Source: a virus
Lineage: Duplodnaviria > Caudoviricetes
Strand: one strand, 5' to 3'
Length of the DNA: 64,000 bases
Virus record (IMG/VR): IMGVR_UViG_3300042997_002652
Location: 32,001-96,000 of that record
The notes beneath the pieces were generated by a model. That model searched no databases and was not told the origin of the DNA. It saw only the letters and a list, made by a program, of their open reading frames with translations. The position numbers and the translations under genes are program-made. Of this stretch, positions 9,260 to 19,108 are shown in pieces. Each line of letters opens with the position of its first letter. Positions within the stretch are counted from its first letter, which is position 1.

Positions 9260-10528
9260 TCAATGCTTTAAGAGTAGGGTACTTAGTACGCCCTGAGAGT
9301 TTGCTGTTAGATCGGGTTCACCGGGAGCAATGATAACATTCCATATATTGTTTATAGAATCTTTACCCTTTTTCTCCCATTCATCATAGCTAAGAATAGT
9401 ATTTTTATTTAAACCGTATTTAATTGCTAGTCTGTCTTTAAGAGTATCTAATGTTCCTGGCTGAAGTTGCCATTGTCCACTTGGTCCCTTTTCCAACTTT
9501 CCGTCTTTCTTGAGCAACAAATCTTTGAATAATTCGTCGGGAACAATTCTAGAGTTCTTTGTTTTTTCTAAGTTAGGATCAGTTGCTTTAACTTGTCTTT
9601 CTTGTTGTTTACTAGCACCCTCACTCCAGTTTATCATAAAGTTGTCTGGTTTCTTTCCTAATGCTGCTCCAGCGATTTTAGTGTAAGCATAGAAATTAAC
9701 ATCAGGTATAGATTGAGCCATTTTAAATGCCAAATCCATATACTGCGGACTAAAGAAATCCCCAGCATCGTGCCATCTAATAGTAACACGATATCCGTTT
9801 TTATCTCCTAAACGTTTTTCTTTTTCAATTTCGGTTTTCAATTGATTAAAGAACCCGTCTGGATCATTTAACAAATATGTTAATATTCTACCATCGCTTA
9901 TCCATGCGTTCTTGAACTGAATCTTTCCGCCTTTCATAGCAAAACAATCAACTTTACATGATCCAGCACCCGGACATGTATTTACGATAATCAATTTATT
10001 ATCTGATTCATCAACTGCGATACCAGTTAACGCAGCAAAACCAACGTTAAAGAACTGTTCTAGTTCTCCGCTGGAGTGTTTCATTTTTTCGTTTTCTTTT
10101 AACAGTTCTTTTGGTCTTTGAGACAACACATCAATAACTTTCTTTTCGTCATATCTGTTACCCGCCGCATCGTAATATTCTATTACGCTAGATCGGTGCA
10201 TGTATGGTAATTTATATCTATCTGTCTTTTCTTTACCCGATACATACTTTTCAATACCTTTCTTATCTACTTTAGGATTACCTTGTTTATCTAAGTCAGG
10301 TGTTCCTATGATTCTTTTCATATAATCTTGAAATTCTTGATCACCAAATTCTCTAGAAGGAGCCGAGAGTTTCGTAGCTTCGTCTACAACTTCATCTTCC
10401 GAAATCTCGTCATCACTTAGTTCAGCTTGTACGAATTCTTCTGGTGACATTATCTCTACGCCAGCAGTTGACCCCGGAAGCGACTCTGCCGCTTCATTAA
10501 TAATATCTAAAAGTTTTCTAAAATCCAT
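9260..10528 (-). CDS. GP88-family Fe-S / radical-SAM-like protein with acidic N-terminal extension
   Basis: TCPGAGSCKVDCFA (Cx5Cx3C), IRWHDAGDF and FYAYTK motifs; late promoter GATAAATA at 10552-10559. Confidence 0.6.
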   Translation of the reverse strand: MDFRKLLDIINEAAESLPGSTAGVEIMSPEEFVQAELSDDEISEDEVVDEATKLSAPSREFGDQEFQDYMKRIIGTPDLDKQGNPKVDKKGIEKYVSGKEKTDRYKLPYMHRSSVIEYYDAAGNRYDEKKVIDVLSQRPKELLKENEKMKHSSGELEQFFNVGFAALTGIAVDESDNKLIIVNTCPGAGSCKVDCFAMKGGKIQFKNAWISDGRILTYLLNDPDGFFNQLKTEIEKEKRLGDKNGYRVTIRWHDAGDFFSPQYMDLAFKMAQSIPDVNFYAYTKIAGAALGKKPDNFMINWSEGASKQQERQVKATDPNLEKTKNSRIVPDELFKDLLLKKDGKLEKGPSGQWQLQPGTLDTLKDRLAIKYGLNKNTILSYDEWEKKGKDSINNIWNVIIAPGEPDLTANSQGVLSTLLLKH

Positions 10529-10550
10529 AATAAGTTACCTGTCAGTTGTA

Positions 10551-11393
10551 CTATTTATCTAAAGTAAGCAGTTGTTCAACAGTATACAACTCTACCATAT
10601 ACGGTGAAACATTTTCTAATACACTTGATGGTAAGTCCCCTTTCCTCCTAGAACCTTCTTTAACTTTAAAGTCACAGTTGTTTACTTGTTTAAATATATC
10701 AACCATTTCTCTTACAGTGTGACCGATCCCGTGCCCTAAGCTTTCTACTTTGTTACTAGGAGTTTCAATAGCTAACTTTAATGCAGTACATATTTCCATA
10801 ACATGTACATAATCTCTAACCGCTGTACCGTCCCATGATTCTCTATAGTCAGTACCAAAGATAGTAAACTCATCAGTGTCTCGTGCTTTCATTAAATTAT
10901 ACATTAAGCCGTCAGGATTAGTTGGCTTGATACCATAATGACTACCGATCACATTATAAAATCTAAAAATAGTATAATCCATTGGCTTGTGTACAGTACA
11001 CATTTCTCTTACACAATCTTCTGCTGCCCGTTTACTAATACCATATGCTGATTCACACCCAACCGCTGCTCCAGTAGATGCAAATATAAAGTTGTTAGTT
11101 GGTATTTTATTCATTACATTTGTTGTACCATTTAGGTTAGTAAAATAGTACAGCATAGGCATTTGTTCACTTTCCCCTACATTAACTAATGCTGCTAAGT
11201 GAATAACAGCGTCATATGGTTCAGTTTGATCTGGGATAGTAAACAGTCTAGTAATGTCTACTTGATAAAACTTTTTGATAGGTACTTGAGGTTCTTTAAC
11301 ATCTAAACCATGTATTTCATATTCGTTTTCTAATAGTTTGCAAAGATGTGAACCAATATACCCTGAGCAACCTGTAATTAAAATCTTTTTCAT
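10551..11393 (-). CDS. NAD-dependent epimerase/dehydratase (GalE-like extended SDR)
   Basis: ITGCSGYIGSH Rossmann motif, VIHLAA, FASTG, YGISK (YxxxK), FRFYNVIG, VRDYVHV. Confidence 0.9.
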   Translation of the reverse strand: MKKILITGCSGYIGSHLCKLLENEYEIHGLDVKEPQVPIKKFYQVDITRLFTIPDQTEPYDAVIHLAALVNVGESEQMPMLYYFTNLNGTTNVMNKIPTNNFIFASTGAAVGCESAYGISKRAAEDCVREMCTVHKPMDYTIFRFYNVIGSHYGIKPTNPDGLMYNLMKARDTDEFTIFGTDYRESWDGTAVRDYVHVMEICTALKLAIETPSNKVESLGHGIGHTVREMVDIFKQVNNCDFKVKEGSRRKGDLPSSVLENVSPYMVELYTVEQLLTLDK

Positions 11394-12745
11394 TATAATC
11401 CTTCAAATAATGCATTTGGTGTATCATCTGTTGGTACAAAAGTTAAATCTTTTGTTAACCATGTATCTTGATCTGTATATATTACTCTAAACTTGTGTTT
11501 ATTAGATAATACGCTTTCAAAGTCCTCTCTTGCTATTTGTGTTCTGTTGAGGTCTTTTATATAGTCTTTGTAATTTACGGTTTCGTAAGTGTTTATCTTA
11601 GCTGTATTAGTTTTTGCTTGTTTAGCTTTAAAGTCAACTAACAACTGTTCCCAGCCTTCTGCAACTTGATCATCTAACGATCTGACGTAATCCAAAGCTT
11701 CAGGAAGTTGATTAATACCAGCTAACGCCAAGATATATTCATGTGCTTGTGATAAACTTGTTTTATGATAGAATTTGCTATCAAAGTTATCTGACCAATC
11801 TTGAGTATCTAGAACTACGCAAGGCATGTGTCCTAAACATTCTAAAAAGGCAAACGGATAGTTTTCTCTTAAACTAGGCATGAAAAATATTTTAGAACTT
11901 TTAATAAAGTCTACTTTTTCACTACCCACTATACCTGCTTTTATTTGATAGTCTGTTATACCTGCTTCTTTAAAAGCTTTTTCAAACTTTTTAGCACCGT
12001 TGGAATTAGTCATTACTTTGCAGGGTAACTTACACTCTTTCATCACTTTAATATATGCTTCAGGGTTTTTACCTTCTTCCCATCTGCCGATAAACAACAC
12101 ACCCGATTTAGTTCCTGCATAGGGTTCTAGTAATTGTCTTTCGCTCATTGGCATTTTTAACAGCTTACAATTAGTAGAACCATGTTTGGTTAATTCGTTG
12201 ATATTTTTTTGACTTTGTGTTCCTATAATAATATCACTAAACTCCATGTGCTTGTTATAGAAGTTGTGATAACTTGATAGAAAAACATCACTACCTTGTG
12301 TTTCTCTAAAGATCATACTGTGTAAATGAGTATAGAACACGATTGGTATGTAGCTGTTTAGAGTCATTGCATAAGCAGCAGACATTGCTTCCTGTGTGTT
12401 ACATATTAGCATATCATAAATGTTTGTTTCAAACCCGATAATAATAGATTTGCGAAAGTTTACTATCTTTTCAAAGTTAATAGTATCACTAAATGCAAAT
12501 GTATTAGTATGGTCAGTGTATCTAAGGTTGTCTGAAGGATAAACAATGTTTGCACCTAATGACTGCAACAGTTCACTAAACTCGTTAGTAGGTTTTTTAT
12601 CTACGATGATATCAACTTTCCATTGTAGTCTTGCACACATTTCAGTAAAACCTTTAGCAAACTGGCCTATCCCGCCGTGAGGGATAAGATGCTGGTCGCT
12701 TATTAAAAATCCAATTCTTTTGTTATATGTTTTTATGTTCCCCAC
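11393..12745 (-). CDS. GT-B (GT4-like) glycosyltransferase with extra C-terminal domain
   Basis: N-terminal PHGGIGQF, LFIGRWEEGKN and the EX7E motif ENYPFAFLE; about 70 extra aa after the GT fold. Confidence 0.8.
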   Translation of the reverse strand: MGNIKTYNKRIGFLISDQHLIPHGGIGQFAKGFTEMCARLQWKVDIIVDKKPTNEFSELLQSLGANIVYPSDNLRYTDHTNTFAFSDTINFEKIVNFRKSIIIGFETNIYDMLICNTQEAMSAAYAMTLNSYIPIVFYTHLHSMIFRETQGSDVFLSSYHNFYNKHMEFSDIIIGTQSQKNINELTKHGSTNCKLLKMPMSERQLLEPYAGTKSGVLFIGRWEEGKNPEAYIKVMKECKLPCKVMTNSNGAKKFEKAFKEAGITDYQIKAGIVGSEKVDFIKSSKIFFMPSLRENYPFAFLECLGHMPCVVLDTQDWSDNFDSKFYHKTSLSQAHEYILALAGINQLPEALDYVRSLDDQVAEGWEQLLVDFKAKQAKTNTAKINTYETVNYKDYIKDLNRTQIAREDFESVLSNKHKFRVIYTDQDTWLTKDLTFVPTDDTPNALFEGL

Positions 12746-13578
12746 CTATTCCCAAAAAGCGGGATATGAAGTCTATCGCTGTATCTTAATCCATGTTTCA
12801 TAGCTAGTTCAGCTACCCGTTGATTGTTTAACCTATATACGCTTTCTACGCCACCGATTGGCATCAAGTAAACAGGACCTTTGAACCCTTCTTTTCTATA
12901 CAATTCAGTTACTTCTATAGCTTCCATAGCATCTTCATCGGTTGCTATAACAAACTTTAAGTAAGTGTATCCTGCATTTTGATAATCTACAACGATTTCG
13001 GGAATAATAGCATCTTCACGTTTTTCACCTGAACAACTTAATTTAGGACTTACTGAAAATGTGATTTCTCTATCCCAATGCTGAGCCGCCCACTCATTCC
13101 TTAAGTAATGTCTAAACTCTTTAAACAATGGTTGTGTGCCATTAGTTTCAAACGTAATCTCTTTTAATGATTGCATCTTTGGATGATTTAATAAGTCAGG
13201 ATAAGATCGTTGCCACCCTAACAAAGGTTCACCACCAGTAATAACCAAATGTTCGTCACGCCATTCTTTAAATGGCAACAGATTAACTATTGCTTCAGCA
13301 ATCGCATCAGTAGTAAGTTTAGGGGATAAGTGTTTAAAGTTTACATCCCAGCTTGCGTAACTGTCACAACCAGTCGTAACTAATGGCAAGTCATTATAGT
13401 TTTTATAGCTTTTAGGATGAATTAGATTTCTTTCGTTACTGATTTCACCTTTAGGCATACCAAATCCTGAACAAGTGAAGTTGCAACCAAATGTTCGTAA
13501 GAATACACTTGGTACACCAGTATATCTGCCTTCTCCTTGTACTGAATAAAATAGTTCGCTGATCTTTATATTAGACAT
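12733..13578 (-). CDS. queE: 7-carboxy-7-deazaguanine synthase (radical SAM)
   Basis: ISELFYSVQGEG, FLRTFGCNFTC...CDS, LVITGGEPLL, FETNGT, SVSPKL, RLHIPLFGN. Confidence 0.92.
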   Translation of the reverse strand: MSNIKISELFYSVQGEGRYTGVPSVFLRTFGCNFTCSGFGMPKGEISNERNLIHPKSYKNYNDLPLVTTGCDSYASWDVNFKHLSPKLTTDAIAEAIVNLLPFKEWRDEHLVITGGEPLLGWQRSYPDLLNHPKMQSLKEITFETNGTQPLFKEFRHYLRNEWAAQHWDREITFSVSPKLSCSGEKREDAIIPEIVVDYQNAGYTYLKFVIATDEDAMEAIEVTELYRKEGFKGPVYLMPIGGVESVYRLNNQRVAELAMKHGLRYSDRLHIPLFGNRWGT

Positions 13579-13774
13579 TTGTATCTCGTTTAGTTTTCAG
13601 GGTCGGGTTCTCTACCGGTCTGCATGATAACTGACTATCACACAAACCGTATCTAGTAGTTTCTGTTATTATCTCATAACCGTTGTAAATTACAACCTTT
13701 TCGGTAGTTTCTGTTTCTAAAAACTTTTTAAAAGAACCAAGTGTGTCCCATTTTAACTTTTTGGGTACATACAT
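13571..13774 (-). CDS. Small hypothetical protein
   Basis: Fills the gap between the PRTase and queE; likely start MYVPKK coupled to the PRTase stop. Confidence 0.5.
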   Translation of the reverse strand: MYVPKKLKWDTLGSFKKFLETETTEKVVIYNGYEIITETTRYGLCDSQLSCRPVENPTLKTKRDTNV

Positions 13775-14322
13775 TACTTCCACCAGTTTTCCCAAGAAAA
13801 CTCTATCCAAGAATCTTCTTCAGCTTTGTTAATAGACAAAGAAGTATAGGCTATATCTTTAAAGTCGCTGGCTTCATTGTTTATCAATGTAGCAAACTTT
13901 ACATTATGATTCCATACTGTATCCCAGGCATACCTTTCATTTGGCATACATGACGATTCCCAGTCTTTCTTAATCCATTTGATAGTTTCACCCGTATCAT
14001 TGATATCATCTACAATCAAGATATTCTTTCTACGTGATACGTCCCAACGTGACTTTTCAGTTTGTCTTATTTCAGTTGACAAGTAGCCAAAAGCATGTTC
14101 AGGCATCCAAGCATTACACTCTTGTTGCGCATGGTCTCTTAAACTAACTCGCAATGTTTCCATTGGCACATTATAATACTGACTGATTAAAAGTGCAGGA
14201 AGTAAACCACCTCGCGTAATACCCACAACGTAGTCAGGTTTATATCCAGACAAAGTTATTTGTCTGATGATATCCATAGTCATTTTTTGTACATCTGAGT
14301 TTGATAACGTTACTGTGTTCAT
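13774..14322 (-). CDS. Type I phosphoribosyltransferase (purine PRTase/Gpt-like)
   Basis: VVGITRGGLLPA and the PRPP-binding loop ILIVDDINDTGET; ends WIEFSWENWW like Gpt; start moved to MNTVTLS (AAGGA SD). Confidence 0.85.
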   Translation of the reverse strand: MNTVTLSNSDVQKMTMDIIRQITLSGYKPDYVVGITRGGLLPALLISQYYNVPMETLRVSLRDHAQQECNAWMPEHAFGYLSTEIRQTEKSRWDVSRRKNILIVDDINDTGETIKWIKKDWESSCMPNERYAWDTVWNHNVKFATLINNEASDFKDIAYTSLSINKAEEDSWIEFSWENWWK

Positions 14323-14323
14323 A

Positions 14324-14788
14324 TTATCCTTCATAAATTGCTGAGTTAGCATCATGTTCAAATACTTCTACGCTTTTAACAGATACTGTTTTGTTTAATA
14401 ATGTGCCTGCTTTTTGGCTTTCGTCTAAAATTTGCGTCATTTTCTTAAAAGCCATTTCAGCAAATCGTTCACATCCAACTGCTGGAACAATTCGCAAATC
14501 AGCTACATGTGTGGGCAAATTCTTTAACTGTTCAAGTTCGGGATCATCTTCAGCTACTAACAAAGTATGATCAAACATGTGTTCTAGCCACTGTTTAAAT
14601 TCTTTAAGCCCGCCAAAATCCATGACCCAGTTTCTTTCATCCAAGCTTTCACATTCAAAGATGATTTTAACACCTATTGAATAGCCATGAAGTAGCGAAC
14701 AATGACTATGAGTAGAACGCCACTGTCTAAAGCAACAGCTTAGTCCCCTGTCATTACCATATGTTTTTGTACTATAAAACTTACCCAT
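14324..14788 (-). CDS. queD: 6-carboxy-5,6,7,8-tetrahydropterin synthase
   Basis: CSLLHGYS (CxxxHG), WVMDFGGLK, FDHTLLV, GCERFAE, VEVFEH. Confidence 0.88.
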   Translation of the reverse strand: MGKFYSTKTYGNDRGLSCCFRQWRSTHSHCSLLHGYSIGVKIIFECESLDERNWVMDFGGLKEFKQWLEHMFDHTLLVAEDDPELEQLKNLPTHVADLRIVPAVGCERFAEMAFKKMTQILDESQKAGTLLNKTVSVKSVEVFEHDANSAIYEG

Positions 14789-15245
14789 TCTTTCTCTCCG
14801 ATTCTGTTACTCGTTTACGTAAACTACTAGAGCTAAAACTATGATTTCTTTTATTATAAATGATTTCTATGTCAATTGCAAGACAATATTCTTTACCAGT
14901 GAAATCTTTGTCCATGTACTCTGCTCCCAATATACGAACATCTACTGGAAGTATTTTTAGTAAATCAAGCAAGTCTTGTTCAGTTTGGTATACCACAACT
15001 TCATCTACAAACCTACATGAACTTAATTGTATCTGTCGTTCAACGATACTTTGTACTGGTTTGTTTTTGGTGTCAGGTCTATCTATAGTTGGATCAGTTT
15101 GTAATCCAGCGATCAGGTAGTCGCAGTGATTTTTAGCTTCAGCTAACATTGCTATGTGTCCGGCATGAAGAAGGTCAAAAGCAGAAAATACTATGCCTAT
15201 CTTTTTTCCTTCTTCTTTTAATTGTCTAATTACATTAAAGATCAT
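14781..15245 (-). CDS. TagD/RfaE-like cytidylyltransferase (HxGH family)
   Basis: FSAFDLLHAGH, LIAGLQTD, PVQSIVER, SFSSSSLR. Confidence 0.88.
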   Translation of the reverse strand: MIFNVIRQLKEEGKKIGIVFSAFDLLHAGHIAMLAEAKNHCDYLIAGLQTDPTIDRPDTKNKPVQSIVERQIQLSSCRFVDEVVVYQTEQDLLDLLKILPVDVRILGAEYMDKDFTGKEYCLAIDIEIIYNKRNHSFSSSSLRKRVTESERKNG

Positions 15246-15928
15246 TTCTGAGGTTTTCCCATTCGTGCAATGCTTAGAAACTCTGCTCTTGCTGCTGGAT
15301 CAGTTTTGAAACCTCCACCTAATTTACAAGTTACTGTGCTTGACCCAGTGTCTTCAACACCGCGGCTCTTAACACAATAATGCTGTGCATCTATCATAAC
15401 AGCAACATGTTCAGTTTCTAAAATATAGGAAAGTGCATGGAATACTTGTTCAGTCAGTCTTTCTTGGATCTGAGGACGCTTACTGAAATACTCAACAATC
15501 CGATTGATCTTTGAAAGACCCAGAACCTTTTCCTGGGGTACGTATGCTACAGTAGCAAGACCATCAATGATTACAAAGTGATGTTCACAATTAGATTGTA
15601 CGTTTACGTTGCGTTCAACGACCATTTCGTCATAGCCCATTTTGTTTGCAACAGTAGTACATTTTGGGAATGCATCATAGTCTAGACCCCAAAAGATTTC
15701 ATTAACATACATCTTAGCAACACGCTTGGGCGTTTCTATAAGACTGTCATCAGATAAATTTAACCCGAGGGCTTGCATAATATCGGTAAACTTAGCTTCA
15801 ATGATTTCAATTTTGTCTGTGCGACTTAGATTGTTTTCAACTTGAGGAGTTTCAACTCCCATTTTGACTAGATATTTGTGTATCTTTTGACCCAACTCTG
15901 GATCACATTTTACTTTATTAAATGACAT
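15242..15928 (-). CDS. folE: GTP cyclohydrolase I
   Basis: ETPKRVAKMY, SNCEHHF, GLSKINRIVEYFSKRPQIQERLT, HYCVKSRGV. Confidence 0.96.
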   Translation of the reverse strand: MSFNKVKCDPELGQKIHKYLVKMGVETPQVENNLSRTDKIEIIEAKFTDIMQALGLNLSDDSLIETPKRVAKMYVNEIFWGLDYDAFPKCTTVANKMGYDEMVVERNVNVQSNCEHHFVIIDGLATVAYVPQEKVLGLSKINRIVEYFSKRPQIQERLTEQVFHALSYILETEHVAVMIDAQHYCVKSRGVEDTGSSTVTCKLGGGFKTDPAARAEFLSIARMGKPQK

Positions 15929-15946
15929 TTATATTCTCCTTTTGAA

Positions 15947-16003
15947 AGCATCTAACGTTAATGCTCAACGACCTTTCGGTATTTGCTACCTTTGTGTAGC
16001 AAA
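15947..16003 (-). promoter_or_regulatory. Three-hairpin leader upstream of folE
   Basis: UUUGCUAC/GUAGCAAA (8 bp), ACC-GAAA-GGU and AGCAU/AUGCU stems just 5' of the AAGGAG SD. Confidence 0.35.
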
Positions 16004-16008
16004 GATAT

Positions 16009-17112
16009 TTATCTCTTGTCAAGAAACACCGAATTAAATTGTTTGTTCACTCTAACAAATGTTGTACACTTTGACAAGTCTTTTAGGCTCGTTGCACCAA
16101 CATAAGTACAAGTACTGCGAACCCCACCTAAGATATCTTGTACTGTTTTAGCTACTGGACCTTTGTATGGAACCTTAACAGTCCTACCTTCTGAACTACG
16201 ATATTCTGCTACCCCGCCATGATGTTTAGTCATAGCAGTATCGGAACTCATACCATAAAACTGAACAAACTGCTTCTTTTCTTCAAGCTTTCCCAAACGA
16301 TTACCGGTTTCAGGGTCAAAGATTATTTGATTGGTTTCGTATACTTCTTCAATTATTTCTCCGCCACCTTCTGTGTGACCAGCAAGCATACCGCCTAGCA
16401 TTACAAAATCTGCGCCACCGCCGAATGCTTTTGCTATATCACCAGGACAAGTACAACCACCATCAGCAATGATATGACCGCCCAAACCGTGTGCTGCGTC
16501 CGCGCATTCAATAATGGCTGATAGTTGAGGATACCCAACACCTGTTTGAATACGAGTAGTGCAAACACTACCAGGACCAATACCCACTTTAACAATGTCT
16601 GCTCCACGTAAAATTAACTCCTGTGTCATATCTGCGGTAACTACATTACCTGCAATAATAGTTTTAGTTGGACATAATTTTCTAACTTTAGCAACAAACT
16701 CACCAAAGTGTTCTGAATATCCGTTAGCTATATCAATACAAATAAACTGTATCATGTCAGGATACTTATAAAGAATACTTTGTAACTTTGTAAAGTCACG
16801 ATCACTAGTACCAGTACTGATAGCAGTATTGTAAGAAAAGAATTTTGAAAAATTATCTTCCAAATCTTCTAAAGAATAACTTTTAACTAAGCAAGTAATC
16901 ATATTATATCCAGCAAGCGCAACTGCTATGTCAAAAGTACCAACACCATCCATGTTTGCAGCTAGGATAGGCACACCAGTCCAATTTGCGTTACTGTGCT
17001 TGAACTGATAAGTTCTTTCCAAACTTACTTCTTTTCTGCTAGACAGTGTTGATCTTTTTGGACGGATTAGAACATCACTGAAATCTAGTTTTACTTCATT
17101 TTCAATACGCAT
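16009..17112 (-). CDS. guaC: GMP reductase
   Basis: [70 protein letters not shown]. Confidence 0.95.
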   Translation of the reverse strand: MRIENEVKLDFSDVLIRPKRSTLSSRKEVSLERTYQFKHSNANWTGVPILAANMDGVGTFDIAVALAGYNMITCLVKSYSLEDLEDNFSKFFSYNTAISTGTSDRDFTKLQSILYKYPDMIQFICIDIANGYSEHFGEFVAKVRKLCPTKTIIAGNVVTADMTQELILRGADIVKVGIGPGSVCTTRIQTGVGYPQLSAIIECADAAHGLGGHIIADGGCTCPGDIAKAFGGGADFVMLGGMLAGHTEGGGEIIEEVYETNQIIFDPETGNRLGKLEEKKQFVQFYGMSSDTAMTKHHGGVAEYRSSEGRTVKVPYKGPVAKTVQDILGGVRSTCTYVGATSLKDLSKCTTFVRVNKQFNSVFLDKR

Positions 17113-17113
17113 A

Positions 17114-18313
17114 TTAGTACTTGTTTTCCTTTGTGTGTTTTCTATAATCTGTAGACATACGTAACCATTGCTCGCCTTTGCCTTCTATGATGTCACAAAT
17201 TCTATCAACAGTTTTGTCTGTCCAATCACTGATTTTGCCCATGTTTTTATGAGGTTTATCCAACAAAGATTCTAGTTTGCTGATCATATCTTCTATAGAC
17301 CAGGGCACATACATTCTTTCATGATCGTTAGCAAATACTTCAGGGAAAGAACGATACGCAGGGAATAAGACATTACATCCTAGTGCGTCAGCTTCACTTA
17401 CAGTATTACTAGTCCAATCTTGTAGTGCAGTATTAACTAAAACTCTAGAGTCTGTGAGTAAACGATAGTACTCATTTTTAGACAAGTTTTCATAAATCGT
17501 AAGCAACTTTTCTTCTTGCATAGCTCTAGCCATATCAACAAATTCTTGTTTGTTACTACGCAACGTTGAGCCTGTAAATATAGAAAATTCTATTTCACCA
17601 AACATTTCTTTGGGATATTTAGCATACCATTCTTTGATTAACTGAAGATAAAAGTCTGGATTCTTTTCTTGATCCCAACGTGAAGAAAAGCATACGCGCA
17701 TTTTGCGTTTATTGAATAAGATTAGGTTATGATCTACACGTTCTCTAACTTCTTGCTTATTAAATGCTAAACCAGATACGTTGTAAATGTTTGCAGTCCA
17801 TCCTGCTACTTTCATGTGTGCTACCATTTCTTCGTTTGATGCTAATACAGCACCTTTAGAAATAGAAACAATAGTGTTGACCATTTGTTCGTATTCGCTC
17901 ATCCACTTTTGCATACCCCAAACATGAACAAAGTCATCTGGATCAATAGTTTGTGCTAAACAGCGAACAAAGATACGAGGTCTTAGATTTTCTGGCACTT
18001 GAGTGATAATATATCCCAAGCTTTCAAAACCGGGCTGAAACATATCTTCAAAGTAAATTACGTCTTCATTTGTTACTTCACCCTGCTGCATCATACGAAC
18101 CAAGTTCATCATTTGACTCATAGCAAAGTAACTACGTCCGTGTGCATCTAAAACTTGACCTACTACAATTTGGTTAGAGTCATCAAGAGTTTCGCCCGGA
18201 ACATAAACTACTTTCATCCTTCTATGATCAAATACTCGCTTGTTCCATTCAGTTAATTGAAGTGTGTACCTTGCTTCGTAACTTTCAAGCCCCATGTAAA
18301 ACAGTTTTTGCAT
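17114..18313 (-). CDS. GT-B fold glycosyltransferase
   Basis: [29 protein letters not shown] (D/E-x7-E-like), PAYRSFPE. Confidence 0.7.
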   Translation of the reverse strand: MQKLFYMGLESYEARYTLQLTEWNKRVFDHRRMKVVYVPGETLDDSNQIVVGQVLDAHGRSYFAMSQMMNLVRMMQQGEVTNEDVIYFEDMFQPGFESLGYIITQVPENLRPRIFVRCLAQTIDPDDFVHVWGMQKWMSEYEQMVNTIVSISKGAVLASNEEMVAHMKVAGWTANIYNVSGLAFNKQEVRERVDHNLILFNKRKMRVCFSSRWDQEKNPDFYLQLIKEWYAKYPKEMFGEIEFSIFTGSTLRSNKQEFVDMARAMQEEKLLTIYENLSKNEYYRLLTDSRVLVNTALQDWTSNTVSEADALGCNVLFPAYRSFPEVFANDHERMYVPWSIEDMISKLESLLDKPHKNMGKISDWTDKTVDRICDIIEGKGEQWLRMSTDYRKHTKENKY

Positions 18314-18331
18314 TCTATCCTCTTTATTAGT

Positions 18332-18361
18332 AAAGAATGGGCTTGAAAGCCCATTCTTTTT
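18332..18361. terminator. Intrinsic terminator hairpin
   Basis: AAAGAATGGGC-TTGAAA-GCCCATTCTTT. Confidence 0.75.
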
Positions 18362-18366
18362 AGATT

Positions 18367-18594
18367 TTATCGTGATCCCGAAAGTCTTTCAAGTTGCTGA
18401 GCCCACTGATCTTTTACTTCCTTGCCAGTTAGTAGCTTGCCGTATTGACGCCAGACATAGCTACGATTGCTGTACAAGTCAGCTTCATCAAACCGGTACC
18501 CATACTCTCTACAGAAATTTCTATATTTATCCAAATCATCAAAAACTTTCTGAGTACGCGGATTAGGTTTAATATTGTTAGTTGAACGTGACAT
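18367..18594 (-). CDS. Conserved small phage protein
   Basis: 75 aa; VFDDLDKYRNFCREYGYRFDEADLY. Confidence 0.65.
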   Translation of the reverse strand: MSRSTNNIKPNPRTQKVFDDLDKYRNFCREYGYRFDEADLYSNRSYVWRQYGKLLTGKEVKDQWAQQLERLSGSR

Positions 18595-18664
18595 AAATAA
18601 AATTACTCCAATAAGTAATTAAGGTTAAAGTTAAGTTGTTTGAGAAAATTTTATACACTTATTC

Positions 18665-19108
18665 TCATCGTGTTAAGCAATTATATTCTATTTCACAACC
18701 GTTTTCATTATCTTCGGCAACAGAGATTACTATTTTTCTCCCAGAATAACGAGTTGCAATTACTTCGTACAAATCATCAGCAATCATTTCGCAACTTTTA
18801 TGATTAAGTTCCAAAACACTATTCTTATACTGATTTTCTAACCAGCGTTTGAATTGGATAAATTCAATATCTCGGTCATTATGGAAAACTTGAATAGCTA
18901 CCTTAAAGTAGAAAATATGTCTATGAGGCCAACCTAAAAAGCTAACATCATACTCATCTTTAGTTTTTAGATTAGGATCAGTGCTAGCATCAGGATAACA
19001 ATGAATACCTTCCTTTTGAAAAGTTACCCAAATCATACGAGTAGCCTTATTTTTGATTTGATTTCTTTGTTCTATCATAGCTATTTCTCTTTGATTAACT
19101 GCACTCAT
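18665..19108 (-). CDS. dpdL: QueD-like T-fold protein, DpdL-like (candidate CDG decarboxylase)
   Basis: LGWPHRHIF fits LxxxHRHxF, which I recall as the DpdL signature; also DIEFIQFK, SCEMIA and VAEDNENG T-fold elements; lies in a folE-queD-queE cluster. Confidence 0.7.
   Translation of the reverse strand: MSAVNQREIAMIEQRNQIKNKATRMIWVTFQKEGIHCYPDASTDPNLKTKDEYDVSFLGWPHRHIFYFKVAIQVFHNDRDIEFIQFKRWLENQYKNSVLELNHKSCEMIADDLYEVIATRYSGRKIVISVAEDNENGCEIEYNCLTR

Noticed and set aside
15982-16003. preQ1-I riboswitch upstream of folE
   Set aside because: It shares GCUACAC but lacks the roughly 12 nt loop and the A-rich 3' tail of the aptamer.
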